The notes under the pieces: generated by a model | The model's database searches: none | What the model was told of the DNA's origin: nothing | What the model saw: only the letters and a program-made list of their open reading frames with translations | Assembly: GCA_026387355.1 (NCBI GenBank) | Contig: JAPLLW010000014.1 | Span: forward strand, 5,295 to 69,294 | Length of the DNA: 64,000 bases | Direction of reading: 5' to 3' | Source of the DNA: Candidatus Omnitrophota bacterium | Lineage (GTDB): Bacteria; Omnitrophota; Gorgyraeia; Gygaellales; Profunditerraquicolaceae | Part shown: piece by piece, positions 9,678 through 19,036 of the stretch | Numbering within the stretch: the stretch's first letter is position 1 | Layout: each line of letters starts with the position of its first letter | Made by a program: the position numbers and the translations under genes

Positions 9678-11765
9678 ATGCAAAATAATTCTTTAAAATT
9701 AAAGTTTGGCAGCAATGATTTAATCCTTGAAACAGGCTCAATCGCTAAACAGGCCAATGGTTCTATCACCATTACTTATGGCGGAACTGTGGTTTTAGTG
9801 ACTGCCTGCATGTCTCGTGAAATTAAAGAGGGAAGAGATTTCTTTCCTTTAACCGTAGAATACCAAGAGAAGACTTATGCTGCCGGACGCATCCCTGGAG
9901 GCTTCTTTAAAAGAGAAGGTCGGCCTTCCGAGAGTGAAATTCTTACTGCCCGTCTCATAGATCGACCGATAAGGCCGCTTTTTCCTAAAGGTTTCCTAAA
10001 TGAAGTGCAGGTTATGGCGATTGTTTTATCTAGCGATGGCGAGAATGATCCGGATATCCTGGCGGTAAACGGTGCCTCTGCCGCATTATGCATATCAGAT
10101 ATTCCTTTTAACGGCCCTTTAGTATGTTGCCGAGTAGCCAAAGTAAATAATGAGTTAGTCATTAATCCTACTTATGTACAGTGGGATAGTTCGGATTTAG
10201 AGGTTGTTATTGCAGCTAACTCTAAGGGTGTGGTAATGCTTGAGTCTAAAGCCAAAGAGGTTAGCGAAGATGAATATCTCGAGGCAGTTAAATTTGGCTA
10301 CAATCACTTAAAAGAACTTATACATATGCAAGAGGAGTTTACCAAGAAATACGGTAGATCTAAGGCGGATATTGAGTTAAAGAAGTTAGATCCTCAGTTA
10401 GAGGCAAAGGTAAAAGATTTATCCGAAGAGAGATTAAAAGAGGTTTATAAATTAGGGAGTAAGGAAGAGCGCGAAGAGGCAGTGCACCTTTTAGCTAAAG
10501 AATTGCAAGAAAAACTCACCGCAGAAGGGTTTTCTGCCGATGATATTAAGTTGGCTGTTCATGAAGTAGAAAGAGTCCAGGTGAGGAGTAAGATTATTAC
10601 CGATAATCTGCGCATTGACGGCAGAGGTTTTAATGATATACGCAAGATTACTTGTGAAGTCTCTGTTTTACCCCGTACGCACGGTTCAAGTTTATTTACC
10701 CGAGGCCAGACGCAGAGTTTAGCTGTTACAACCTTAGGAACTGGCGAAGATGAGCAGATGGTTGAGGCTCTTGAAGGTGAGAAATCAAAATCTTTTATGT
10801 TGCATTACAGTTTTCCGCCTTTTAGCGTTGGCGAGACAGGGCCTGTGCGTGGTCCGGGTAGGCGCGAAATTGGTCATGGGGCGTTAGCTGAGAAGGCCTT
10901 GCTTGCGGTTATGCCCTCTAAAGATAAATTCCCTTATACAATAAGAGTAGTTTCAGAAATTCTGGAATCAAACGGCTCATCCAGCATGGCAACGGTCTGC
11001 GCAGCAGCATTGTCGCTAATGGATGCAGGTGTGCCGATAAAAGATACAGTTTCAGGTATTGCCCTTGGTTTAATCAAAGAAGGTAATAAGGCTTTAATCT
11101 TAACGGATATTGCCGGACTTGAGGATCATTTTGGGGATATGGATTTTAAGGTTGCCGGTACAAGAAAAGGCGTTACGGCTGTACAGATGGATTTGAAGAT
11201 TGATGGTATTGACATTGAGTTACTTTCCAGGTGCTTAACCCAGGCTCATGAGGCGAGGTTGGTTATTTTAGATAAGATGAATGCAGCGCTTTCCGGACCG
11301 CGCCAGGAGATGTCGATTTATGCGCCGCGCATAGATGTTCTCAAAATAAATACCGAAAAAATTGGCGAACTTATTGGGCCGGGTGGTAAGAATATAAAAG
11401 CGATAATTGCTGCAACCGGGGCTAGCGTTGATATCAAGGATGATGGGACTGTTTTGGTCGGCTCTACCGATGCAGTTAAGTCAGAAGCTGCAATCAAAAT
11501 GATCAAGGCGATAACCGAAGATGTTGAAGTTGGCCGTATTTATATAGCTAAGGTAAAACGTATTATGCCTTTTGGCGCTTTTTGCGAAATTGCACCGCGT
11601 AAAGAAGGCCTGGTGCATGTTTCTGAGCTTTCGGATAAGTTTACTAAGAACGTTGAGGAAGTGGTAAAGATTGGCGATGAAATTAAGGTAAAGGTTATCG
11701 GCATAGACGAGCTTGGTAGAATTAACTTGAGTAAGAAGCAGGCAGAAAGTCCGCTTGAGAAGTAA
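9678..11765 (+). CDS. pnp: polyribonucleotide nucleotidyltransferase (PNPase)
   Basis: 695 aa; two RNase PH domains, then KH (GPGGKNIKAIIAATGA) and S1 domains; conserved rpsO-pnp pairing. Confidence 0.95.
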   Translation: MQNNSLKLKFGSNDLILETGSIAKQANGSITITYGGTVVLVTACMSREIKEGRDFFPLTVEYQEKTYAAGRIPGGFFKREGRPSESEILTARLIDRPIRPLFPKGFLNEVQVMAIVLSSDGENDPDILAVNGASAALCISDIPFNGPLVCCRVAKVNNELVINPTYVQWDSSDLEVVIAANSKGVVMLESKAKEVSEDEYLEAVKFGYNHLKELIHMQEEFTKKYGRSKADIELKKLDPQLEAKVKDLSEERLKEVYKLGSKEEREEAVHLLAKELQEKLTAEGFSADDIKLAVHEVERVQVRSKIITDNLRIDGRGFNDIRKITCEVSVLPRTHGSSLFTRGQTQSLAVTTLGTGEDEQMVEALEGEKSKSFMLHYSFPPFSVGETGPVRGPGRREIGHGALAEKALLAVMPSKDKFPYTIRVVSEILESNGSSSMATVCAAALSLMDAGVPIKDTVSGIALGLIKEGNKALILTDIAGLEDHFGDMDFKVAGTRKGVTAVQMDLKIDGIDIELLSRCLTQAHEARLVILDKMNAALSGPRQEMSIYAPRIDVLKINTEKIGELIGPGGKNIKAIIAATGASVDIKDDGTVLVGSTDAVKSEAAIKMIKAITEDVEVGRIYIAKVKRIMPFGAFCEIAPRKEGLVHVSELSDKFTKNVEEVVKIGDEIKVKVIGIDELGRINLSKKQAESPLEK

Positions 11766-11771
11766 GTAAAA

Positions 11772-13934
11772 GTGAAAGAAAGAAGAATCAATGAAATAAA
11801 GGGCGTGATATTTGTTGCGCTAGGGCTGATGATATTAGCCAGCCTGGTAAAATTTGAACGTTTAGACCTTCCGTTTTACACTTCGTACCCCAATATACCC
11901 ACAAAAAACCTTTTAGGAATTTTCGGCGCTTATTTAGGCGAACTGATAGTCTTTTTATTCGGCCGGCCCAGCGGTTTTGTTTTACCAATTCTGGTTATTA
12001 TGCTAGGGATTAAGTTCTTCCGTCAGGAGAAGCCTTACATAAGCCTACCTAGGATATTGGGCATGTTTGTCTTGCTTATTTCGATAAGTTCGCTTATCGG
12101 GATGTTTAACCTGAATAGTGAAGCTTTCAGGTTTTATTATTCCGGGCTATTTGGGGCTATACTATCAAAGTTTGTCACTGCTTATTTTAGCCGCTTAGGA
12201 GGATTCATAATCTTTGCAACTTTTATTATTTTATCTTTAGCCTTAGTTACCGAAATATTAATTTCTTCATTATTTGCTGCAGTTGTAAATAAGATTAAGG
12301 ATTTTTTTGCCGGAATCTTTAAGCGCGAGAAGAAAGAAAAAGTTATTCTGCCAAAGATAAAACAAGTTTTACCTAAAGAAGTAAATTCAGTCTTCACCCG
12401 GCCTAAAATATTGGAGGAAGAGTCAACGCTTGTTTCAAGGCCTAAGATTCAGATAAAAACTAAGCCTCCTGTTGTCGAAGAAAAAGCTAAGCAAAAAGAA
12501 TTAAAAATTGGAGATTATCATCTTCCGTCATTGGATTTACTTGATTCTCCTCCGCCATTAGAGGCGCGCCAGATTAAGGGTGATCTTGAGGCGAGTGCGC
12601 GTATATTGCAGGATACGTTGGAAGATTTCGGTATTTCGGTGAAGATTACAGCTATTGAACGCGGGCCGGTAGTCACCAGGTATGAACTTGAGCCTGCTCC
12701 GGGCTTAAGGGTAAGTAAGATTGAAGCTTTAGGTGATGATATTGCGTTGACTATGAAAGCGCAATCAGTAAGAATCATTGCCCCTATACCCGGTAAGGAC
12801 AGGGTTGGTATCGAGGTTCCTAATACCCAGAGTACTCTTGTTTTTATTAAGGAAGTAATCGGCTCATCAATTTTTCAAGATTCAAAATCAAAGTTGACTA
12901 TTGTATTAGGAAAAGATATTGCAGGTAAGACTATTGTCGCTGATCTTGATGATATGCCGCATTTATTGATTGCGGGTACCACAGGCTCTGGTAAGACTGT
13001 ATGTATAAATTCTTTAATTTTATCACTTCTATTTAAAAGTTCTCCCGTAGATTTAAAATTTGTAATGATTGACCCTAAAATGGTTGAGTTAATGCCTTTT
13101 AACGGCTTGCCGCATCTTTTATGTCCGGTAGTTACTGAAGCAAAGAAGGCAGCCGCAGCGCTTAATTGGGTAGTTAATGAAATGGAGGAGCGCTATCGAT
13201 TATTATCTAAGGCAGGCACCCGCAATATCGAAGCTTATAACGAAAAACAGGAAAAGATTCCTTATATCGTGGTGGTGGTAGATGAGTTTGCGGATTTAAT
13301 GGTGGTTATGCCGGACCAGATTGAGACTGCTGTGCAGCGCTTAGCACAGCTTGCTCGAGCCGTAGGAATACATTTAATTTTGGCGACACAAAGGCCGTCA
13401 GTAAATGTAATTACCGGGGTCATTAAAGCAAATCTTCCCGCGCGCCTTTCATTTAAGGTTGCCTCTAAAGTGGATTCGCGCACAGTTCTTGATATGAACG
13501 GTGCGGATAAACTCCTCGGTAAAGGCGATATGCTATTCTTAAATCCCGGAGCGGAGAAACCCACGCGTATCCAGGGTGCGCTGGTTAGTGACGCAGAGAT
13601 AGAGAGAGTTGTAAACTTTGTCAAAACGCAGGCTGAGCCGGTTTATAATGATGCGATAGCAAAAGAACAGCAAAGGCAGACTTTCGGCAAAGGCGAGAAG
13701 GATGAGCTTTACGAAGAAGCTGTGCGCACGATTATGGAGAGTAATCAGGCATCGGTTACAATATTACAGAGGAGGATGCGTTTGGGTTACACTCGCGCTG
13801 CGCGAATTATTGATACAATGGAACAGGATGGGTTAGTCGGTCCTTACGAAGGAAGTAAGCCGCGCAGGATCCTGGTGGACAGGGAGGCATGGCTTAAGAC
13901 TAGCTTGAATCAGAATGAGGTTAAAGAATCATGA
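11772..13934 (+). CDS. ftsK: DNA translocase FtsK
   Basis: 720 aa; N-terminal TM helices, Walker A GTTGSGKT, Walker B VVVVDEFADL, C-terminal gamma winged-helix domain. Confidence 0.9.
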   Translation: MKERRINEIKGVIFVALGLMILASLVKFERLDLPFYTSYPNIPTKNLLGIFGAYLGELIVFLFGRPSGFVLPILVIMLGIKFFRQEKPYISLPRILGMFVLLISISSLIGMFNLNSEAFRFYYSGLFGAILSKFVTAYFSRLGGFIIFATFIILSLALVTEILISSLFAAVVNKIKDFFAGIFKREKKEKVILPKIKQVLPKEVNSVFTRPKILEEESTLVSRPKIQIKTKPPVVEEKAKQKELKIGDYHLPSLDLLDSPPPLEARQIKGDLEASARILQDTLEDFGISVKITAIERGPVVTRYELEPAPGLRVSKIEALGDDIALTMKAQSVRIIAPIPGKDRVGIEVPNTQSTLVFIKEVIGSSIFQDSKSKLTIVLGKDIAGKTIVADLDDMPHLLIAGTTGSGKTVCINSLILSLLFKSSPVDLKFVMIDPKMVELMPFNGLPHLLCPVVTEAKKAAAALNWVVNEMEERYRLLSKAGTRNIEAYNEKQEKIPYIVVVVDEFADLMVVMPDQIETAVQRLAQLARAVGIHLILATQRPSVNVITGVIKANLPARLSFKVASKVDSRTVLDMNGADKLLGKGDMLFLNPGAEKPTRIQGALVSDAEIERVVNFVKTQAEPVYNDAIAKEQQRQTFGKGEKDELYEEAVRTIMESNQASVTILQRRMRLGYTRAARIIDTMEQDGLVGPYEGSKPRRILVDREAWLKTSLNQNEVKES

Positions 13935-14749
13935 GTATAGAATTAGCAGGTGAAAGGCTTAAGAAGATACGCCAGGAGAAGGGGATAACCCTGGAAGAGG
14001 TGCATAAGAAGACCAAGATCCAGCTAAATATATTAAAGGCCATTGAAGGAGAGAGCCTGACTAATCTTAACCCTACATATTTAAAAGGATTCTTAAAGAT
14101 TTATTGCAAATTCTTGGGGGTAGACCCAAAGGAGTATATCCCGGATTATAAAGAGGGCTCGAATAAATCCTTTAGTTCAGTTTATGCTCAAGATCAAGAC
14201 AAGCCTTTGAAATCTGTGTCATTTATGAAGAATGCCACTTTTAAATTGAGTTCTTTCAGGCCGAATAAGAAATTAAAGACTATAGCTATAGCCGTTTTAA
14301 TTATTATTATATTAAGTGTAGTTTTGTTTAAAATAGGAAAGTTTATTTCTTCCAGGCAAAAAGAGGTTTTTCCTCAACAAATAGTGACTCAGCAGAAACC
14401 CCAGGCGCAGCAACCTAAGCTAAAGTCTTCGGAATCTGCTCCTAAGATGGTGGTTAATGAAGCAAAATTCCCGAAAGTATCTAGCGGCGGTATAAGTCTG
14501 GTAATAAGCGCAAAAGAAAACTGTATGGTCCTGGTTAAAGTTGACGGCAGAGTGGTTTTACATAGGGTTTTGGAGAGAGGCCGCTCGGATAGCTGGAAGG
14601 CCGATAAAAAGATTGAGCTTGATTTGGGGAATGCCGCCGGAGTCGATCTTATCGTTAACGGCACGCGTTTTTCTAAGTTAGGAAGAAAGGGCCAGCAGCT
14701 TAAAGGTATTTTAATTACCGAGAAAGAAGGCTTAAAGATTCCCCGATGA
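13931..14749 (+). CDS. rodZ: RodZ-like cytoskeleton protein (HTH + TM + DUF4115-like C-terminus)
   Basis: N-terminal XRE-type HTH (LKKIRQEKGITLEEVHKKTKI), a single TM helix, C-terminal beta domain (GVDLIVNGTRF). Confidence 0.6.
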   Translation: MSIELAGERLKKIRQEKGITLEEVHKKTKIQLNILKAIEGESLTNLNPTYLKGFLKIYCKFLGVDPKEYIPDYKEGSNKSFSSVYAQDQDKPLKSVSFMKNATFKLSSFRPNKKLKTIAIAVLIIIILSVVLFKIGKFISSRQKEVFPQQIVTQQKPQAQQPKLKSSESAPKMVVNEAKFPKVSSGGISLVISAKENCMVLVKVDGRVVLHRVLERGRSDSWKADKKIELDLGNAAGVDLIVNGTRFSKLGRKGQQLKGILITEKEGLKIPR

Positions 14750-15996
14750 AGGCCAGGATCGGGGTTTTAAGTTTAGGTTGCCCCAGGAATTTGGTAGATT
14801 CAGAAGTTCTTTTAAATAGGCTTAATCTTAAAGGTTACGATATAGTCGATATAGATAAGGCAGATGTGGTTTTGGTAAATACCTGTGCTTTTATCGATGA
14901 CGCAAAAAAAGAATCGATTGATGCAATACTGGATTTAGCCGCGCTTAAAAAAGAAGGCAAGCTAAAGAAGATTATCGTCTATGGTTGCCTTGCCCAACGT
15001 TATAAAGATAAATTAAGCAAAGAGCTGCCCGAGATAGACGCTTTTGTCGGTCGGATCGCGCTTGATAAAACTCCCGAAAGATTTGCTATAACTTCTAAAC
15101 ATTACGCTTACCTTAAGATTTGCGAAGGTTGCCTTAACTTGTGCAGCTATTGTATAATTCCTAAGATTAAAGGAAAGTTTTCTAGCTTATCAGCTGATGC
15201 GATCTTAAATAAAACAGCAGAGTTTAATAAGAATAGGATCTCAGAGTTAAATATCATCGGCCAGGATATCTCAGGTTACGGTTTTGATCTAGGGGATAAA
15301 GAAGGGCTAAAGGGCCTTTTGTCAAAAATAGTCAAGAAGGCAGATAATATCCATTGGATAAGGCTACTTTATTTAAATCCCTCCCGCATAAGCGATGACT
15401 TATTAAAACTTATCCGGGATGAGTCAAAAATTTGTAAATATATCGATTTACCTATACAGCATATTAATGAGCGCATCTTGAAGCTGATGAATAGAAATAC
15501 ATCAAAAAAAGAGATTATCAATACTATCAATAGAGTAAGAAAGATCATCCCGCAGGTGGCACTGCGCACCGCCGTGATCGCAGGTTTTCCATCTGAGACG
15601 GATAGCGAATTCAAAGAACTGCTTAATTTTATAAAACAAACAGAGTTTGAGAGGTTAGGGGCATTCAGCTATTCACGCGAAGAGGGTACTGTTGCCTATA
15701 GCCTTAAGAATCAGTTATCCGAAAAAACAAAAAGAGAGCGTCTGGATTTAATTATGTCTACTCAGCAGGAAGTATCAACCCAAGTCAACAGCAGATTATT
15801 AGGAAAAGTACTTGAAGTCTTGATAGATGAAGAGGATAATGGAAAGTACTTGGGTAGGTCAGAGTATGATGCCCCAGAAGTAGATGGTTCGATTTTTATT
15901 AATAAGCCTAAGAAAAAGATTAAAGTAGGCGATTTTGTGAAAGCTAAAATCGTCGATACTTTAGAATACGATTTAGTCGGGGAGGTAGAGTCATGA
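14746..15996 (+). CDS. rimO: ribosomal protein S12 methylthiotransferase RimO (MiaB-family radical SAM)
   Basis: 416 aa; N-terminal SLGCPRNLVDSE, radical-SAM cysteine motif C-x3-C-x2-C (CLNLCSYC), C-terminal TRAM domain. Confidence 0.8.
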   Translation: MKARIGVLSLGCPRNLVDSEVLLNRLNLKGYDIVDIDKADVVLVNTCAFIDDAKKESIDAILDLAALKKEGKLKKIIVYGCLAQRYKDKLSKELPEIDAFVGRIALDKTPERFAITSKHYAYLKICEGCLNLCSYCIIPKIKGKFSSLSADAILNKTAEFNKNRISELNIIGQDISGYGFDLGDKEGLKGLLSKIVKKADNIHWIRLLYLNPSRISDDLLKLIRDESKICKYIDLPIQHINERILKLMNRNTSKKEIINTINRVRKIIPQVALRTAVIAGFPSETDSEFKELLNFIKQTEFERLGAFSYSREEGTVAYSLKNQLSEKTKRERLDLIMSTQQEVSTQVNSRLLGKVLEVLIDEEDNGKYLGRSEYDAPEVDGSIFINKPKKKIKVGDFVKAKIVDTLEYDLVGEVES

Positions 15997-16571
15997 ATTT
16001 AGCAAACAGATTAACCATGCTTCGAGTTGTGCTTACTTTTGTATTTATGTTAGTTTTATTATGGCAGGGACTATGGGCTAAAGTTGCCGCCCTCCTGGTT
16101 TTTATTGTTGCCGCCCTTACAGATCTTTTTGACGGTATTATTGCGCATAGAATGAATATGGTTACTGATTTCGGCAGACTTATGGATCCTATTGCTGATA
16201 AGCTCTTAGTTTTATCCGCTTTTGCCGTATTTTTACAGATGCAGTTGATCGAGGCGTGGATGTTTGTGATTATTGTCGCGCGCGAGATCCTGATTACCTC
16301 ATTACGCCTCTTTGCCTTGAATAAGGGTAAAGTTCTTTCTGCTGCTCGTGCAGGCAAACACAAAACTGTCTCGCAGATGGTAGTTATATTCTATATACTT
16401 GGTTTTGTAGTAGTTAAGGAGGCGGTAAAGGCATATTCTAGCTGGAATCCGGTCTGGGAGAAATATTTCTCCGAAAGCATCAACATTATGATGTTACTTA
16501 CCGTGGGGCTTACTCTTTATTCGGGTTTATCTTATCTCTGGGAAAACCGTAAGATTATCGCTAAGCTCTAA
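15993..16571 (+). CDS. pgsA: CDP-diacylglycerol--glycerol-3-phosphate 3-phosphatidyltransferase
   Basis: 192 aa; CDP-alcohol phosphatidyltransferase motif D-x2-DG-x2-AR...G...D-x3-D (DLFDGIIAHR...GRLMDPIADK). Confidence 0.85.
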   Translation: MNLANRLTMLRVVLTFVFMLVLLWQGLWAKVAALLVFIVAALTDLFDGIIAHRMNMVTDFGRLMDPIADKLLVLSAFAVFLQMQLIEAWMFVIIVAREILITSLRLFALNKGKVLSAARAGKHKTVSQMVVIFYILGFVVVKEAVKAYSSWNPVWEKYFSESINIMMLLTVGLTLYSGLSYLWENRKIIAKL

Positions 16572-17033
16572 ATGTTTAAATCCCTGATTAAAATCTTAAG
16601 CACATTTTTTTACGTCGGATATCTTCCGCTTATTCCTGGCACCTTCGGAAGCATGGCTGGGATTGGTTTGTTTTATTTAATTAGGGCTAACCCGATAGTG
16701 CTGGTTTCGTTTACGGTAATTTTAATAGTTATAGGTTTTTTTGTATCCGGTAAAACAGAGCAGATTACGCAGAAGAAAGACCCATCTTGCGTAGTTATCG
16801 ACGAAGTATGCGGGATGCTGCTTAGCCTTTTGTTTATCCCCTATGACATAAAACTTGTGATAGCTGCCTTTTTCTTATTCCGTATTTTAGATACGCTTAA
16901 GCCATTTCCGATAGGCCGGCTCGAAAGATTGAAAGGGGGCTTAGGAATAATGTGCGATGATCTTGTGGCAGGAATATATACAAATATTATTCTTCAGATA
17001 GTCTTAAGATTTACTTCTTTCAAAACTTCGTAG
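16572..17033 (+). CDS. pgpA: phosphatidylglycerophosphatase A
   Basis: 153 aa; GTFGSMAGIG...VVIDEVCGM matches the PgpA family; directly follows pgsA. Confidence 0.8.
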   Translation: MFKSLIKILSTFFYVGYLPLIPGTFGSMAGIGLFYLIRANPIVLVSFTVILIVIGFFVSGKTEQITQKKDPSCVVIDEVCGMLLSLLFIPYDIKLVIAAFFLFRILDTLKPFPIGRLERLKGGLGIMCDDLVAGIYTNIILQIVLRFTSFKTS

Positions 17034-17566
17034 ATTGATCCGTTTGGGGTAAGGGTACTCTTAAACAGCGAAATCTTTCCCACATTAAATTCAAGGCTGT
17101 CCTTTTCCAAGCAACTTCCCAATTCACCTAAACCCTGAATCAATTTATCTCTATTCTGCTGTGATTTTGTCCTGCCGATAGTAATATGCGCTGAGAAAGT
17201 TCTTTCTTCTTTGGGTACTCCAAGTTGCGCAAGGCTGTCTTCGAGTCCTCTAGCAATATCTTTAATTTTATCTGCTCCGGAATCAACTCCTAACCAGATT
17301 ATTTTCGGGAAATTTAACTTTGGAAATGCCCCGCAGGAAGATATTTTGGCTGTAAACTGTGTGGTGCTTAGGGCGGCTGCTTCAATTACTGAGATTATCT
17401 TAGGTAAAAGAGCTTTATCAATCTCGCCTAAGAATTTTAAGGTTAGATGAATATTCTCCGGCTCGACCCAATTAACTTCCGCACCTGAAGCTTTAAGCTT
17501 ATCTTGCAGTTGCCTAAGCGTCTCTTTTATATTATCAGGTAAATCAATAGCAATAAATGTTCTCAT
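16994..17566 (-). CDS. thpR: RNA 2',3'-cyclic phosphodiesterase (2'-5' RNA ligase family, ThpR/LigT)
   Basis: 190 aa; two H-x-T/S-x motifs (HLTLKFLGE and HITIGR). Confidence 0.85.
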   Translation of the reverse strand: MRTFIAIDLPDNIKETLRQLQDKLKASGAEVNWVEPENIHLTLKFLGEIDKALLPKIISVIEAAALSTTQFTAKISSCGAFPKLNFPKIIWLGVDSGADKIKDIARGLEDSLAQLGVPKEERTFSAHITIGRTKSQQNRDKLIQGLGELGSCLEKDSLEFNVGKISLFKSTLTPNGSIYEVLKEVNLKTI

Positions 17567-17585
17567 ATTTTATATTTGGCGGGTG

Positions 17586-17640
17586 ATTCGGCTTGATTCG
17601 AGCACGCAGCGTCAGCAGCGCGCGCAGAACAAGCCGAGTC
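17586..17640. repeat. GC-rich imperfect palindromic element (CGGCTTG ... CAAGCCG arms, ~33-nt GC-rich loop)
   Basis: Read directly; the local GC content is much higher than the AT-rich surroundings; lies between cinA (end) and thpR (start) on the minus strand. Confidence 0.4.
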
Positions 17641-17656
17641 AGGACCCGCAAATTGG

Positions 17657-18130
17657 TTATAGGGCAGTTTTCAATAAGCTAATAGCCCTTAAAGCAGCCT
17701 GTTTTCTAATAGAATCACGGTTACCTTTAAATATAAACTTTTTACAGTTAGATTTATTTTTAGTGGCTAGCCCTATATAGACTGTGCCAACAGGTTTTCG
17801 CTGAGTAGCTCCGGTTGGCCCGGCAATTCCGGTAATACCTATCCCAAAATCTGTATTTGCTAATCTGGATACATTTTTAGCCATAAGCAAGGCAACTTCT
17901 TTCGATACAGCGCCGTATTTGCGCAAGGTTTGGGACGGAATTTTCAGTATTTTTTCTTTAGAAGCATTGCTGTAGCTGACTACACCTAAAATAAAGTATA
18001 TAGAAGAGCCGGATAGCAGGGTTAATAGTGAGGAGAGGTAGCCGCCTGTACAGGATTCAGCCGTAGAGACGGTTTTCCCGCTTTTTAGCAGGCTTTTATG
18101 TATCGTATTTGCAATCTTTTGTGTATCCAT
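17657..18130 (-). CDS. pncC: CinA C-terminal domain protein (nicotinamide-nucleotide amidohydrolase PncC-like)
   Basis: 157 aa; TAESCTGGYLSSLLT ... GVVSYSNASK ... GITGIAGPTG are CinA_C signatures. Confidence 0.8.
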   Translation of the reverse strand: MDTQKIANTIHKSLLKSGKTVSTAESCTGGYLSSLLTLLSGSSIYFILGVVSYSNASKEKILKIPSQTLRKYGAVSKEVALLMAKNVSRLANTDFGIGITGIAGPTGATQRKPVGTVYIGLATKNKSNCKKFIFKGNRDSIRKQAALRAISLLKTAL

Positions 18131-18157
18131 GCCAATATTATAGCTCTTTTAAAGCTA

Positions 18158-18185
18158 TTGACAAGGCAAGTTTTTGTGTTATACT
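18158..18185 (+). promoter_or_regulatory. sigma70 promoter TTGACA-N16-TATACT driving the FMN riboswitch/rib operon
   Basis: Read directly: TTGACA 18158-18163, TATACT 18180-18185. Confidence 0.6.
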
Positions 18186-18191
18186 AAAAAA

Positions 18192-18400
18192 ATAATCTTC
18201 AGGGCAGGGTGAAATTCCCGACCGGCGGTTAAGCCCGCGAGCCTCGCTTTAAAATCGAGGCAGATCTGGTAATATTCCAGAGCCGATTGTATAGTCTAGA
18301 TGGAAGGAGATTTCCGCCAGAAGTCATGGTGGACCCGCCAAGCAAAATGGCGGGAACAGAGCCTAAGCCCGAAGATGATCTTCGGGCATTTCATTTGTGA
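18192..18400 (+). promoter_or_regulatory. FMN riboswitch (RFN element) with intrinsic-terminator expression platform
   Basis: Aptamer core AGGGCAGGGTGAAATTCCCGACCGGCGGT...AGCCCGCGAGC...GATCTGGTAATATTCCAGAGCCGATTGTATAGTCTAGATGGAAGGAGA matches the RFN consensus. Downstream hairpin GCCCGAAG-ATGAT-CTTCGGGC + ATTTCATTT (18367-18397) precedes the ATG at 18407. Confidence 0.9.
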
Positions 18401-18406
18401 GCGGAT

Positions 18407-19036
18407 ATGTTTAATAATCTAGGTTCAGTACTTATTTTATCCAGATTTTTTATAGGAATAAGCATTTTCTTATTCGCCAAGAATAAGACATTCCGGAAAT
18501 ACTTTCCGATATTTTTTATTCTCGGTTTTGTCGCAGACTTTCTAGATTGCAAGCTTGGGTTTGTTCCGTTCTCTATAGGAATCTTGGATGGCTATGCAGA
18601 TATAATCCTGTATCTATCCAGCATATATTTCTTGTGGAGTAATTATCCCGAAGCCTTAAGAAAGTGGAGATATTACATTATAGGGTTGGTCGGGTTATTC
18701 TTATTATCCTGGTTATTTTGTTTATTAAAGTTCGGTAAGCTTACTTGCTATCATCCCTATAGCGCTAAACTTTGGGGTGCTTCAATATTTTTAGTGATCA
18801 TTGAGATAGCCATTTTCCACAGAAGTGTTTTATTCCCTCTTGTTATAATTTTTGGGCTGTTAAATAATTTGGAGGAGATCAGTATTACATATGTTATGCC
18901 ATATTATAAGGTCGGGGTTAGAAGCCTAAATTCTGCGATTAAGCTTAAAAGGGAATATAAAATGCAACAAAATCGATCTACAAATATAAAATTAGATTTT
19001 AAAAGTGGCACAGCGAGGAATAGAGGAGATGCTTAA
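18407..19036 (+). CDS. polytopic membrane protein under FMN-riboswitch control (candidate riboflavin/precursor transporter; family not recognised)
   Basis: 209 aa, at least 5 hydrophobic helices; first gene after the RFN element; overlaps ribBA start by 8 nt. Confidence 0.5.
   Translation: MFNNLGSVLILSRFFIGISIFLFAKNKTFRKYFPIFFILGFVADFLDCKLGFVPFSIGILDGYADIILYLSSIYFLWSNYPEALRKWRYYIIGLVGLFLLSWLFCLLKFGKLTCYHPYSAKLWGASIFLVIIEIAIFHRSVLFPLVIIFGLLNNLEEISITYVMPYYKVGVRSLNSAIKLKREYKMQQNRSTNIKLDFKSGTARNRGDA

Noticed and set aside
18407-19036. Assigning the riboswitch-controlled membrane protein as PgsA-like or another CDP-alcohol phosphatidyltransferase
   Set aside because: Only a partial D-x-x-D-G...D resemblance. 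The length, context and FMN-riboswitch control fit a transporter better. Left unassigned.
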